From NCBI GenBank assembly GCA_033286805.1, contig GCA_033286805.1_4727.1: a stretch of DNA of 64,000 nucleotides, one strand, 5' to 3'. Positions 48,636 to 57,753 of the stretch are shown one piece after another. Source of the DNA: a phage. The translations under genes and the position numbers were made by a program. The notes under the pieces are model-generated. The model was not told where the DNA came from. It saw only the letters and a program-made list of their open reading frames with translations, and searched no databases. The stretch's first letter is position 1. The number at the start of each line of letters is the position of its first letter.

Positions 48636-49211
48636 TTAGTAAGGAATCAGATCGTTAAGCTTTTCTTCTTCAACGACAAAGAAGTTGTTCTGGTCGTCTA
48701 AATCTGTTAACAGGACTTGTCCGACAGTAAAGCAGGTGCCGCCCTTCTTAGGTATCCATACCGGCTCATTCGTTACCTTATCGGGATACCATTTGAAACG
48801 ATTGGTATCCAAGAAGAACGCTGCTTTGTTCGCTTTATCGGTTGAACGATAGCTAACCAACGCAGGCCACTCAATCCAGGTGTTTGTGCATGGTACATGT
48901 AAAGGATACCATGCGCGCCAGCGTTTGCCTGGGTTGCTAGGATCAACCCAATACTCGGCAGTCAATACAGCATCTTTATAATGTTTCTGCATTAACATTT
49001 CGAGCACAAGCTCATTACCTTTTGATGCATCTAAAGTCACTTCCGTCATATAAAGAGATTTAGGTAACTCAGACTGTTTTGCGGGTGTTACAACACCGGT
49101 AACCAACGGTCTGCTCGGTTTACGTTTCTGTTCTTTCCGACGTGTGTAAAAGAATAGTCCGACAGATACAGCAACAAGTACAATAAACAACACTACCTTA
49201 ATCCAATTCAT
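48636..49211 (-). CDS. hypothetical membrane-anchored protein (N-terminal TM helix)
   Basis: MNWIKVVLFIVLVAVSVGLFFYTRRK; ATGA overlap with the upstream gene. Confidence 0.6.
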   Translation of the reverse strand: MNWIKVVLFIVLVAVSVGLFFYTRRKEQKRKPSRPLVTGVVTPAKQSELPKSLYMTEVTLDASKGNELVLEMLMQKHYKDAVLTAEYWVDPSNPGKRWRAWYPLHVPCTNTWIEWPALVSYRSTDKANKAAFFLDTNRFKWYPDKVTNEPVWIPKKGGTCFTVGQVLLTDLDDQNNFFVVEEEKLNDLIPY

Positions 49212-49948
49212 TCGTCAATGTCTCCTTCTGCAAACAGGGTCAATTTGATTTCGGGATCATAGAACATGGTGATCACACCATCTCGCTCTGCTGAACGCTG
49301 TGCTGTCCATATTAACTGTTCATCCCGAATATCAAACTTATACCGTTCGTCGCTAACCACCGCTTCCGCATCGACATAGTGATAAATGCCACCTTCAGGA
49401 TTCTCAATCCAACCACGTACCATCAGACGGTCTTTCTGCTTACGTGTGAAGAATCTATACGGATCTTCGCAGGTTTGCCAAACGTCACCGCTCTCGCTTA
49501 CCAGTTCGTCATACACCTTCGAAAGCTCGTCAGGCACTGGAATCAAAATGTTATCCTGATAGCCTGACCAGAAACGACGTACGTCTTGTAATAGATCGTC
49601 GCTTTGTAGTTTAACCACATGCGTGTGATTCGCAAAATCAGTTTTTGATTCGCTGAACCAAAACGCTTTTTCGTTCCCTACAACGACATCGATTCGATCA
49701 TGTTGAACACAAACCCACCCATAAATCCATCCGTAACCATCAACGTTATATAACGTTGTTTGGTAACTGACAATATCGATATCATCAAACGATGCTAATA
49801 AAGCTTTAGCCGCTAGAAGCGGGGAGAAGTTTTTCGATTGCGATGCTTTACGGATGTCTTCTTTGATGAGTAATTTACCGTGAATTGGATGTTCAATAAC
49901 AAAACCACAGGAGAGCATGATGCTTCCTTGATAACGTGCTTCTTGCAT
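49208..49948 (-). CDS. hypothetical protein
   Basis: 246-aa ORF, GAGGAA SD. Confidence 0.6.
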   Translation of the reverse strand: MQEARYQGSIMLSCGFVIEHPIHGKLLIKEDIRKASQSKNFSPLLAAKALLASFDDIDIVSYQTTLYNVDGYGWIYGWVCVQHDRIDVVVGNEKAFWFSESKTDFANHTHVVKLQSDDLLQDVRRFWSGYQDNILIPVPDELSKVYDELVSESGDVWQTCEDPYRFFTRKQKDRLMVRGWIENPEGGIYHYVDAEAVVSDERYKFDIRDEQLIWTAQRSAERDGVITMFYDPEIKLTLFAEGDIDE

Positions 49949-50065
49949 TTCTATTCCTCAAATAAAGATTGTCTTTTAACGCGACATGATTACAAGTACA
50001 CAGGTTACTGGATTTCTGTAAAAGTTAATTTTCGTAAACTAAAAGAAAATGTATCCGTGTTTCTT

Positions 50066-50102
50066 GGTTCTTCCCCTCCACAGCCTCAGGAAGAGAAGAA
50101 CC
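50066..50102. terminator. hairpin GGTTCTTC...GAAGAACC
   Basis: Inverted repeat downstream of the 50123-50380 gene. Confidence 0.5.
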
Positions 50103-50122
50103 GTTTGCTAAGTTGTTATGTA

Positions 50123-50380
50123 TTAAAATGCATTGATTGGACTGCTCAACGCTTTATCGCGGATTTGAATCGCCGCCAGCATTGCTTTCTGGTACGAATC
50201 GTAAGCATCAACAGAAACCGTCATATCAACCAATTTCTCTAATACGGATTCAGCCGCTTTTACACGAACGCGGAACTTGGTGATTGCGTTATCTTTGTTA
50301 CGATAAACCGTGATGTGGTGCAGCGGTTGAACGTTAGTTTTATTGGTTTTAACGGATTTAGTTGCTTTGATCGTTTTCAT
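50123..50380 (-). CDS. small basic hypothetical protein
   Basis: 85-aa ORF with strong GAAGGAAA SD. Confidence 0.5.
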   Translation of the reverse strand: MKTIKATKSVKTNKTNVQPLHHITVYRNKDNAITKFRVRVKAAESVLEKLVDMTVSVDAYDSYQKAMLAAIQIRDKALSSPINAF

Positions 50381-50434
50381 GATGATTTCCTTCTTTATTA
50401 GGATGATTACATTTAGTCAGTTTAACAGCATAAA

Positions 50435-50459
50435 CCCTTCCCGCCTTACGCAGGAAGGG
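50435..50459. terminator. hairpin CCCTTCC...GGAAGGG
   Basis: Left flank CATAAA; downstream of the endolysin gene stop. Confidence 0.55.
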
Positions 50460-50473
50460 CATACGGATTTGTT

Positions 50474-50971
50474 TTACGTGTGTCGTCGTTTACCAAAGAA
50501 AATGTGGCTGTCTACCACGGTGATATTGGTAGCATGTTTTCTGAAATGTTTAGGGCGAAGATGTTTCGCGTTAAAGAATACGGCTCCTCGTGTTGGGTCG
50601 GCTTTATGGTAAGCCGCAATGTCAGTATAACGTAATGTTGCGACCTCTCGTGCTATTGCTCTTGCTCGCTCAAAAGCAGCATGATCGCGTATGACAATAC
50701 GCCTTTGTTTTGTCCAGGGGAATTGACCTCTTTGCAGTACGACGTCTCTGACGTTCGTAGGGAATCGGTAGTCCATAGATCGATTATGTATTAAAAACGC
50801 CACGGAGTATTGCCCTTTTACAGATTCGCCTCTGGCTTCCATATACACCGCACATGCGACGATCTCTTTCCGGCAATCGATTCTAGGCCCTGCGTTCACT
50901 GATGCTTGACTGAACGGTGTAATAAGCAGCATAACAAGCCCTAAAATCAACGTGTGTAAAATACCTTGCAT
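50474..50971 (-). CDS. SleB-type cell wall hydrolase (putative endolysin) with N-terminal signal/SAR-like segment
   Basis: AVYMEARGE...SVAFLIHNR...DVVLQRGQF...GAVFFN matches the SleB/Hydrolase_2 signature; hydrophobic N-terminus MQGILHTLILGLVMLLITPFSQA. Confidence 0.75.
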   Translation of the reverse strand: MQGILHTLILGLVMLLITPFSQASVNAGPRIDCRKEIVACAVYMEARGESVKGQYSVAFLIHNRSMDYRFPTNVRDVVLQRGQFPWTKQRRIVIRDHAAFERARAIAREVATLRYTDIAAYHKADPTRGAVFFNAKHLRPKHFRKHATNITVVDSHIFFGKRRHT

Positions 50972-51223
50972 CTTAATAACCTCACGATAAGGTGCTGTCC
51001 ACTGGCGTCTTGATAACGCATCCCGTCATCGGGTTGTTCTATTCAGCGGGCAGCAGGTTAGCGTCAGATGTTTGCCCGACATCCACGACAGAAATAAACG
51101 GTACTGAAAATACGGTCTCCTCTGGTTTGGCAATAAACATAACGTTGGATAACAGAACCCATTTCCCGCATCCAACGCGGTAAAGGTGTACATCGTTTGA
51201 ATTCATATAGTTTCTCAAAGATG

Positions 51224-51535
51224 TTAACCTCTACCGTCGAGCCATAGGTTGTATTTATCCCGAATGTACGGATCACGATAAATACGTCGATAGACTTGAT
51301 GCGGTATAAACTTGCAATGTACGAGTTCGTCGCTTAATTTATGCCGTCGCTCCATACCGTTGTGAATACGACGTATCTCCCGGATATTAAAGGTTGTTTT
51401 ATTCAAGAGAATAGACATAATGGCGGATCGATGATCCAGATTAAAGATCGCCATCACGCTTCGTATCTCGCGTAAAACAACTTCTCTATCGACAAGGATG
51501 CGATTAGTTAACTTAAGATTCTCCGTGATACCCAT
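51224..51535 (-). CDS. hypothetical basic protein (start uncertain)
   Basis: ORF-track 134-aa ORF overlaps the upstream gene by ~116 nt; an internal ATG at 51535 with GAGG SD gives 103 aa. Confidence 0.35.
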   Translation of the reverse strand: MGITENLKLTNRILVDREVVLREIRSVMAIFNLDHRSAIMSILLNKTTFNIREIRRIHNGMERRHKLSDELVHCKFIPHQVYRRIYRDPYIRDKYNLWLDGRG

Positions 51536-51884
51536 AACCTTCATCCTCGACACGTCGACACATCGGTAAAAATAAACACCAGCTTGTTGCACTGAGGATC
51601 GCCGTTGCGATGATATTTGCGATATCACTCAATCGAGCATCGGCTTGCCACATAACAAGCATGAAAAGAACGTACGCGAACCCATACACGACAAACCGTC
51701 TGATGTTACGCGTCGACCACGTACAAATATACAAAAGGGGAAGCTGCCCTATAACACAAACGATGGTTCGGATAACGTAATAAACGCGTTCCGTCGTTGT
51801 TTCAAAATCGATATTCGTTGCAGAAATCCCAATCATTATAAAAGTGAAAATGAAATAGATTTTTGCGTATGTCTTTAAACTCAT
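51513..51884 (-). CDS. multi-pass membrane protein, holin candidate
   Basis: 123 aa with 3-4 hydrophobic segments, next to the endolysin. Confidence 0.5.
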   Translation of the reverse strand: MSLKTYAKIYFIFTFIMIGISATNIDFETTTERVYYVIRTIVCVIGQLPLLYICTWSTRNIRRFVVYGFAYVLFMLVMWQADARLSDIANIIATAILSATSWCLFLPMCRRVEDEGYGYHGES

Positions 51885-51900
51885 GGCTTTTCCCGATCGT

Positions 51901-52134
51901 TTATTTGTGTTTTCCTACATTCCTCAACAAGGTAACGATAACGAATACCGCTATCATCAAGAAGACGAACCATAACCCTACGTTAATTCGGGCAGCAGGT
52001 TCATCGACCATGAAGAACATCATCCCACAAAACCCAATGACCATCCATGCTAGAACCATCCCCGTTAATCCCCGTAGTAGCATATGTCCCATCATGAACT
52101 CCTTCTTACTTTTTCTGATAAAGCGATGATTCAA
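51901..52134 (-). CDS. small two-TM membrane protein, holin/antiholin candidate
   Basis: 77 aa, two hydrophobic helices, basic C-terminus. Confidence 0.5.
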   Translation of the reverse strand: MNHRFIRKSKKEFMMGHMLLRGLTGMVLAWMVIGFCGMMFFMVDEPAARINVGLWFVFLMIAVFVIVTLLRNVGKHK

Positions 52135-52268
52135 ATTTTAGAAACACCGCTAACGCGAATGCGAGTAATAACGCACGTACCCACATACCTCCTTGACAAC
52201 TGTTGTACAACATAAAGACCAGAGCAATGCCGCCCATATGTAGGCGGCACTTATCGAACAATGTTGGT

Positions 52269-52478
52269 TTATACATAAGAGATTAAACGTTGAATGATTT
52301 TTACTTTGCCTTTACCTGGACCTTTCTTGCGGCGATTCAACAGTCGGATACTGTTTCCAGTTACGGTGTCGCCATCATAATCAGCCCGGAACTGTGATAA
52401 AAAAGCAGGCTGTATCGGATCGACACCAGGATTGCTGTGGAAAGGATTGAGACTTAAAAGAGGGTTAGCTGGAATCAT
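52269..52478 (-). CDS. small hypothetical protein
   Basis: ORF-track start is TTG; ATG at 52478 with AAGGA SD gives 69 aa. Confidence 0.35.
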   Translation of the reverse strand: MIPANPLLSLNPFHSNPGVDPIQPAFLSQFRADYDGDTVTGNSIRLLNRRKKGPGKGKVKIIQRLISYV

Positions 52479-52496
52479 CGTATTGTCCTTACTCAA

Positions 52497-52847
52497 TTAT
52501 TTACCCAGATAGAGATATTCACCGCCCTGAACAACACCGGTTGCAGGATCAACAAGTATACGAACCCGCGCGTAGGTCTTGAAAGAGGGGTTGAAAACTT
52601 CGAAGTCTGCCACTTTCAATTTCACGCTGGGGTTGGTAGGGTTCTTAACTCCGGGAAGTTCTTTCGGGGTACCGAAATCAACACCGCATTCTTCAAGGTC
52701 TGCTGGCGTCATGCTCTCCATGGCCATGTAGATTGCTTTCGCTTTATCGTAAACTTCTGGGCTATCCAGCAATCCAGCCTGCGCTGAACCGACAACACTA
52801 CCGAACAGAATAGCAACAGCAACAAACAATTTAGTTAACGTTTTCAT
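52497..52847 (-). CDS. secreted/periplasmic hypothetical protein
   Basis: Signal peptide MKTLTKLFVAVAILFGSVVGSAQA; GAGGAAAA SD. Confidence 0.6.
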   Translation of the reverse strand: MKTLTKLFVAVAILFGSVVGSAQAGLLDSPEVYDKAKAIYMAMESMTPADLEECGVDFGTPKELPGVKNPTNPSVKLKVADFEVFNPSFKTYARVRILVDPATGVVQGGEYLYLGK

Positions 52848-52883
52848 GATATTTTCCTCGAAAGTAAAATGTTACAATACTTA

Positions 52884-53306
52884 TTAACGTACGGCCGCCA
52901 CACTGTTAGCGCATGCCTGAATATCATCGGTATTTACGATGATGGTTTCGTTAAACGCACGAATACGCGCACGACGTGCTTCTTTAAGGCTGGCGATTGC
53001 GCTAGCAGCTTGATCTGTATTCGCAAGGCTAATAACCGGGATCAAACGCATGTCAGGACTGCAGATATTCAATGCTTGGTATACACGTCCATTGATTCCT
53101 ACGGTATCAGACATCGGATAGTGCGCACGGCATTGAAATTGACCCATGACAACAAGCGAACGATCGGAGATACCAATCTGATAACGACCGTCTTCGCTGT
53201 AGGCGTAGCAGTTATTCCCACGAGCCATCCAGTTAGCCTGTGCTTGCGTGCTAACAAAAGCCAGGGTGGTGACGATAGCGAATACGATATTTTTGAACAG
53301 TTTCAT
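52884..53306 (-). CDS. secreted/periplasmic Cys-containing hypothetical protein
   Basis: Signal peptide MKLFKNIVFAIVTTLAFVSTQAQA; AAGGA SD. Confidence 0.6.
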   Translation of the reverse strand: MKLFKNIVFAIVTTLAFVSTQAQANWMARGNNCYAYSEDGRYQIGISDRSLVVMGQFQCRAHYPMSDTVGINGRVYQALNICSPDMRLIPVISLANTDQAASAIASLKEARRARIRAFNETIIVNTDDIQACANSVAAVR

Positions 53307-53341
53307 GATAAAGATCCTTATTGAAATAAAATCGGTATAAA

Positions 53342-53361
53342 GGCCCCCATTTAGGGGGACC
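53342..53361. terminator. hairpin GGCCCCC-ATTTA-GGGGGACC
   Basis: Left flank TATAAA; between the 53365 gene end and the 53306 gene start. Confidence 0.5.
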
Positions 53362-53364
53362 TGA

Positions 53365-53682
53365 TTAGTTTGCGCGTAAGAAATGACCCAGAACCGTTAC
53401 GATTGGAAACAGCCCTGTAACAGTATCATCGCCCGAAAACATCATCATTGTTCCGTTAACGGTGATGAAACGGATGTCGGTTGCGGACCCATCGATAGCG
53501 ACAAAACGCATCGAGTTCGGTGGAAGGTCCTCAACCACTTCCACGAGATACTCGCGATTATCAAAGGCTTCTTTAACACGACGCATGAAACGAATCAGTG
53601 TTCCTTCCGCGTCGGCTTCCAAATGACCTAAGATATCGCGATTATTACGAATAGCAAATACAGCCATTTTAAACATACACAT
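53365..53682 (-). CDS. hypothetical protein
   Basis: 105-aa ORF directly preceded by a conserved leader element. Confidence 0.55.
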   Translation of the reverse strand: MCMFKMAVFAIRNNRDILGHLEADAEGTLIRFMRRVKEAFDNREYLVEVVEDLPPNSMRFVAIDGSATDIRFITVNGTMMMFSGDDTVTGLFPIVTVLGHFLRAN

Positions 53683-53790
53683 CTTGACATCCTTTTATAT
53701 TGGATTGATTGCTAATAATTCAAGGTGAAGCTGATTACTGTATTGCTTCACCTAGGTAATATAGCCGTGAAAATTAATGTATTAACCTAT
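53683..53790 (-). promoter_or_regulatory. conserved leader/promoter-like element, copy 2
   Basis: cttgacatccttttatattggattgattgc ... cctaggtaatatagccgtgaaaattaa, matching the 27127-27244 copy. Confidence 0.5.
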
Positions 53791-54747
53791 TCACGCTTTT
53801 GCTGAGTAGGGTTGGATCTCATTAATTCGTTTAACCACAACCTCAGGGAAAAGTTTGAGTATCTCATCAGGTGGTATCGCACCTTCTGTCCAACGATAAC
53901 GTTCAACCATCTCGATGCGTGGACTCCCTCCGACGTCAGCGATACGAAAGATGCAGGCGATGCCTAAATCGAAGCATACGCTGTAAATATCTTCCGTACC
54001 TCCTTTATCTGCAAGTATTTTCGCAAAATGCTCGTTATCAGGAAGAATGGCTAAATTACGGATACACCAAACATTATTCCCCATTTCTTCAAGTTTTGGG
54101 TAGGTTAAAGTGTGCCCGTATTGTGTTAACCATCGATGATTTTCGAGGTAGAAGTCCTTATCTCCGGGTCGATAACTCCGTAACACCGCCGTGTAGAAGA
54201 GATTGGGCATATCGAGCAGTTCTTGAATCGTTGGACCCGTATGCTCCCAGAGACAGATTTGTTTACGGTCTATATCGTAATCTGTGACGTTACTCACCTC
54301 CCAACTTATCGTAAGTTCATCGGCAACATGCCAACCTAAAGCCTGTTCACCACCAAGCAGATTAACAATGGCTGTTATTTCATACTTGTCAAATACGCCT
54401 AAATTACGCGGCGGCTGCATCGTACGTAATGGCTCCCACAGCACACTGTAATCATAGAGCAAATGGCGACATAAACTTTTTGTTAGAGGTGTCTGTTCAG
54501 TGAACAGTGGAAGAATCACCGTATCCAATAACGGGCGTAACGGATGACCATTCGGTGGTAACGGGGCAGCCAGCCGACCTCCTTCTTTGGGGTAATCGAA
54601 ACCAAACCCGTAACGCTCCGAAATGAGTGCAATCAGCACTTTTGCTACGCGGTTACGTAGCATGCGATGGATGTCATCACTGTAACTGAATTTCGGTTTA
54701 TTACCGCAAACGAAGGTGAAGTATCTGGGCGTTAGCGCAGCCATCAT
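53791..54747 (-). CDS. hypothetical protein
   Basis: 318-aa ORF, GAGGGAAAG SD. Confidence 0.6.
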   Translation of the reverse strand: MMAALTPRYFTFVCGNKPKFSYSDDIHRMLRNRVAKVLIALISERYGFGFDYPKEGGRLAAPLPPNGHPLRPLLDTVILPLFTEQTPLTKSLCRHLLYDYSVLWEPLRTMQPPRNLGVFDKYEITAIVNLLGGEQALGWHVADELTISWEVSNVTDYDIDRKQICLWEHTGPTIQELLDMPNLFYTAVLRSYRPGDKDFYLENHRWLTQYGHTLTYPKLEEMGNNVWCIRNLAILPDNEHFAKILADKGGTEDIYSVCFDLGIACIFRIADVGGSPRIEMVERYRWTEGAIPPDEILKLFPEVVVKRINEIQPYSAKA

Positions 54748-54754
54748 CTTTCCC

Positions 54755-55201
54755 TCAATCTAAATAGTACGTGATGGATAGGTCTTTTCCATCGAATACG
54801 ATATCCGTGCAATCGTGGATCGTCGGTAATACCATTTTTGCTGCTATTGGGACGTATGCCTGCAGTTCCATGAAGTTATTCATGCGGAACGCACGACGTA
54901 CCATCAGCGGTGTTAGTGTAAACGTTACGCTGACGTTACCGCTTGGGAGCAGGTGCATTATCGCATGCCCGTGATCGCACCAGCAATGGTTTTCGATCCA
55001 TCCGGTGTAAATCAGAATATCTTTATCTTCGTCGTAATAAGCAATGCCGGTCTGCTTTAAGTGGCTGGTAAATCGAGAGGCTTGCTCGTAGCCTGCACGC
55101 AACATTCGAGCAACCAGTCGAGTATTGTTGGCGATTCGATTCTGTTCGTTGGTTTTTGTGGTTTTGAAAATTTCGATACGTTCTGCTTTTGTAATTTGCA
55201 T
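54755..55201 (-). CDS. hypothetical protein
   Basis: 148-aa ORF, AAGGA SD. Confidence 0.6.
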   Translation of the reverse strand: MQITKAERIEIFKTTKTNEQNRIANNTRLVARMLRAGYEQASRFTSHLKQTGIAYYDEDKDILIYTGWIENHCWCDHGHAIMHLLPSGNVSVTFTLTPLMVRRAFRMNNFMELQAYVPIAAKMVLPTIHDCTDIVFDGKDLSITYYLD

Positions 55202-55283
55202 GATTACTGTCCTTTTGAAATATGTTTAGATAAGGAGGATTTACCGGGTATTAAAAAGTTATTTGGTATGTAATGTTTTTTTT

Positions 55284-55883
55284 TTACTTAGGTTCCAGTA
55301 TTGGTCCGAACAACCAGAATGTCAGACGCTGGTAAACCTGTTCGATGACTGCGGCTTCTGTTTGCTCTTCTAGCGCTTTCCCTTTCTTATGTTGTATTTC
55401 TGGCGGGATGTCGCCGTTGTAAACATACCCTGCTGAGAAGTCCCACGCCAGCCGTTTACCGAAAGTAGGTAAGAACACCTCTTCGAATCGGAACGCTTTC
55501 GAATTCCAATGAAGCAGCTGATCGGATTCAACATGTAAAGCTTTATTACGTTTGCTTGGCATGTTTCCGAAGTACTGAACGATAGCTGATTTCATAACCC
55601 GATCTGCGAAGTCTTTGGCTTCGACCTCATCGAGGGGAGGCAGACGATGCGATAGATTCAGCTTGCGTTGTTCAACATCTATCTTACGCATCGCTTTAAT
55701 CAAATCACCAGGAACGATTTTACCCTTATGGCCTTCCTGTCGGTGTATGAAACACCCCTGGAATAGCACGCAAAGTTCTTGAGGTGCTGTACTTTCCATT
55801 CGTCCGTAAGCAACGATCACCGAACGACGACGATCAATAACTTCGCGGATAAACCGCGGCTCAGTAATACTCACCACTGTCAT
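55284..55883 (-). CDS. hypothetical protein
   Basis: 199-aa ORF, AGAGGG SD. Confidence 0.6.
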   Translation of the reverse strand: MTVVSITEPRFIREVIDRRRSVIVAYGRMESTAPQELCVLFQGCFIHRQEGHKGKIVPGDLIKAMRKIDVEQRKLNLSHRLPPLDEVEAKDFADRVMKSAIVQYFGNMPSKRNKALHVESDQLLHWNSKAFRFEEVFLPTFGKRLAWDFSAGYVYNGDIPPEIQHKKGKALEEQTEAAVIEQVYQRLTFWLFGPILEPK

Positions 55884-55927
55884 TTAAAGCCCTCTTTATC
55901 TTTTTCCATTTCTCTTTACATAACCAC

Positions 55928-56614
55928 TTAAGACGTTGCCATCTTATCTTCCAGAGACTTCTTCGGTAAACCATGGATAACTCCTTCCGGGGTTAAGAAC
56001 ACACAGTCTGGATTCTGCGTTCGCGAACGGTCTTCTGGGCTGTTCAACGAGAACAGCAACGCAGAAATACCTTTTGTCCGATTTAACGTTGCGACGATCA
56101 CATCAAGCTGCCGTAGCGCATCCGATACCGTTCGATGAGGAACGATTCGCGACTGTTTGAAGCTGGCTAACCGCCAAGTCTCGAACAAACAACGCAGTTT
56201 AAACACGTCGGACGGAATAGCTGTAGATCCCTGTTCGATAACCTCAACCCGATCAGCTTCAGGATAACCTACAGCAACCGCACTAAAGTGTCTTACCCCA
56301 TTATGAAAATCATTGATAGACGCTTCGGCGTATTTACATACCGTACCAGAAACGACCATCACTTTTGCTAAACCGCGATAATTGATCGTTAACGGAATAC
56401 GAAATACACGTAAAGCATGTTCCGGATTTAATGAGACGTCATTCACTTTCGCAGATACCAGCGCACCTCGTTCATATCGAGCTTTGAACGGCAGCCCATT
56501 ATAAACGGGGTTGATTACAACGCCCCCTGGGGAGGCGTTAGCGTTAAGATGAGTGTTAAGCCAATCGGATACTTCCTGCCTGCTGGTTACGATTAACATA
56601 AAACGGTCCTCCAT
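55928..56614 (-). CDS. hypothetical protein
   Basis: Start moved to ATG 56614 with GAAGGAAAAG SD, avoiding overlap with the methyltransferase gene. Confidence 0.55.
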   Translation of the reverse strand: MEDRFMLIVTSRQEVSDWLNTHLNANASPGGVVINPVYNGLPFKARYERGALVSAKVNDVSLNPEHALRVFRIPLTINYRGLAKVMVVSGTVCKYAEASINDFHNGVRHFSAVAVGYPEADRVEVIEQGSTAIPSDVFKLRCLFETWRLASFKQSRIVPHRTVSDALRQLDVIVATLNRTKGISALLFSLNSPEDRSRTQNPDCVFLTPEGVIHGLPKKSLEDKMATS

Positions 56615-56624
56615 TTCTTTTCCT

Positions 56625-57275
56625 TCATTCATGGCGCATATCTTCCAAATCATCCTTTTGTTTTGTAAATTCTGATTGCTTGCGATAAACCTCCCATGAG
56701 TCGTATATACCGTAAAAGTTCAAATGGCGTGCATTTAAGTTCACAGTAAATTCTTCCACAGAGGCAAAATCCGAACGAAGCATCGAATGGAAGGTGTCAT
56801 CTCCAGTGCAGCCTCCGTATCCTTCACCCTGATAGACCAAAAGCTGGTGAGGTTGGATACGTGCGGCAACCAATGCAGCTTGTGGTTCGTCGTAAGGTGG
56901 CCATGACAGTAGAATAACGTCGTACTGTGAAAGATCGATGTTTGTGTAGTCGGCTTGCTGAATGTCCTCGATAAACGGGTGGGGATGTAATTCCGTATCG
57001 TAAGCGGTAATGTCCTCAACACCAAGTTTACGCAACACATAGGTCAGGTAACCTGTCCCACAACCCAGGTCAGCAACACGTCGCCCGTAACAGATGTTCG
57101 CTAACTGGAGTGCGGTATCCATGGTTAACAACGACCATCCAACGTGCTGGGTATATTCTTCACGGACAATCCATTGTTGATGGTGCGTCATCGGTTCTAA
57201 GATAGCAGCAAGCTGCTGGTACGGCAACGGCATTTTGGTTTCGCCTTGCGTGAGTAATGCGATAACATCGTTCAT
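56625..57275 (-). CDS. SAM-dependent methyltransferase (GxGxG plus PPY motif)
   Basis: VADLGCGTGYLT (SAM motif I) and ILLSWPPY (xPPY-like); ORF-track start 57308 lies in a terminator hairpin loop, ATG 57275 has AAAGGAAA SD. Confidence 0.6.
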   Translation of the reverse strand: MNDVIALLTQGETKMPLPYQQLAAILEPMTHHQQWIVREEYTQHVGWSLLTMDTALQLANICYGRRVADLGCGTGYLTYVLRKLGVEDITAYDTELHPHPFIEDIQQADYTNIDLSQYDVILLSWPPYDEPQAALVAARIQPHQLLVYQGEGYGGCTGDDTFHSMLRSDFASVEEFTVNLNARHLNFYGIYDSWEVYRKQSEFTKQKDDLEDMRHE

Positions 57276-57298
57276 TTTGTTTCCTTTTATCGGCATAA

Positions 57299-57319
57299 GC
57301 CCTCCCATGTCGGGAGGGT
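57299..57319. terminator. hairpin GCCCTCCC-ATGTC-GGGAGGG
   Basis: Left flank CATAA; just past the 57324 gene stop; overlaps the ORF-track start of the methyltransferase. Confidence 0.55.
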
Positions 57320-57323
57320 ACGA

Positions 57324-57752
57324 TTATTCATTTTCAATAACTTTAAGATTCGGTGTACCGAGCGTTTTCTTCACCAACGCCTCAGCGACGCGTTTCTCGA
57401 TGAAATCGGTCGCATTGCTTCCGTCTATCGTACGCATATCACCACGGAAATTGTTGAAGACCATAAACAAGTCACAACCGTCGATAGGTATCGCAAGATC
57501 ATAACTGACTTGTGATGCGGTGAAATGGACACCCACGACAACGGCGGGAACGAATTTAACCGCTGTGTTATCTCCTTCTTCTCCGGTTCCGAACGGAAGC
57601 TCAACACGATCACCGATAGAGAACTGTGAGACATCATTAATCGCGTGAGTTAGTGCGATTCGTTGCATGTCGGCGATCTTTTCCTTATTCGCGTCGCAAG
57701 GTAGGTCCAAGACTTCTTCCAACGTGAAGAATTTACGATCGAACCAGCTCAT
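57324..57752 (-). CDS. hypothetical protein
   Basis: 142-aa ORF starting 2 nt after the GNAT gene stop. Confidence 0.6.
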   Translation of the reverse strand: MSWFDRKFFTLEEVLDLPCDANKEKIADMQRIALTHAINDVSQFSIGDRVELPFGTGEEGDNTAVKFVPAVVVGVHFTASQVSYDLAIPIDGCDLFMVFNNFRGDMRTIDGSNATDFIEKRVAEALVKKTLGTPNLKVIENE

Positions 57753-57753
57753 G

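Noticed and set aside
55271-55284. T10 run as a terminator or slippery site
   Set aside because: Intergenic with no adjacent hairpin; on the minus strand it reads as an A-run, so it is not a terminator U-tract for the flanking genes.
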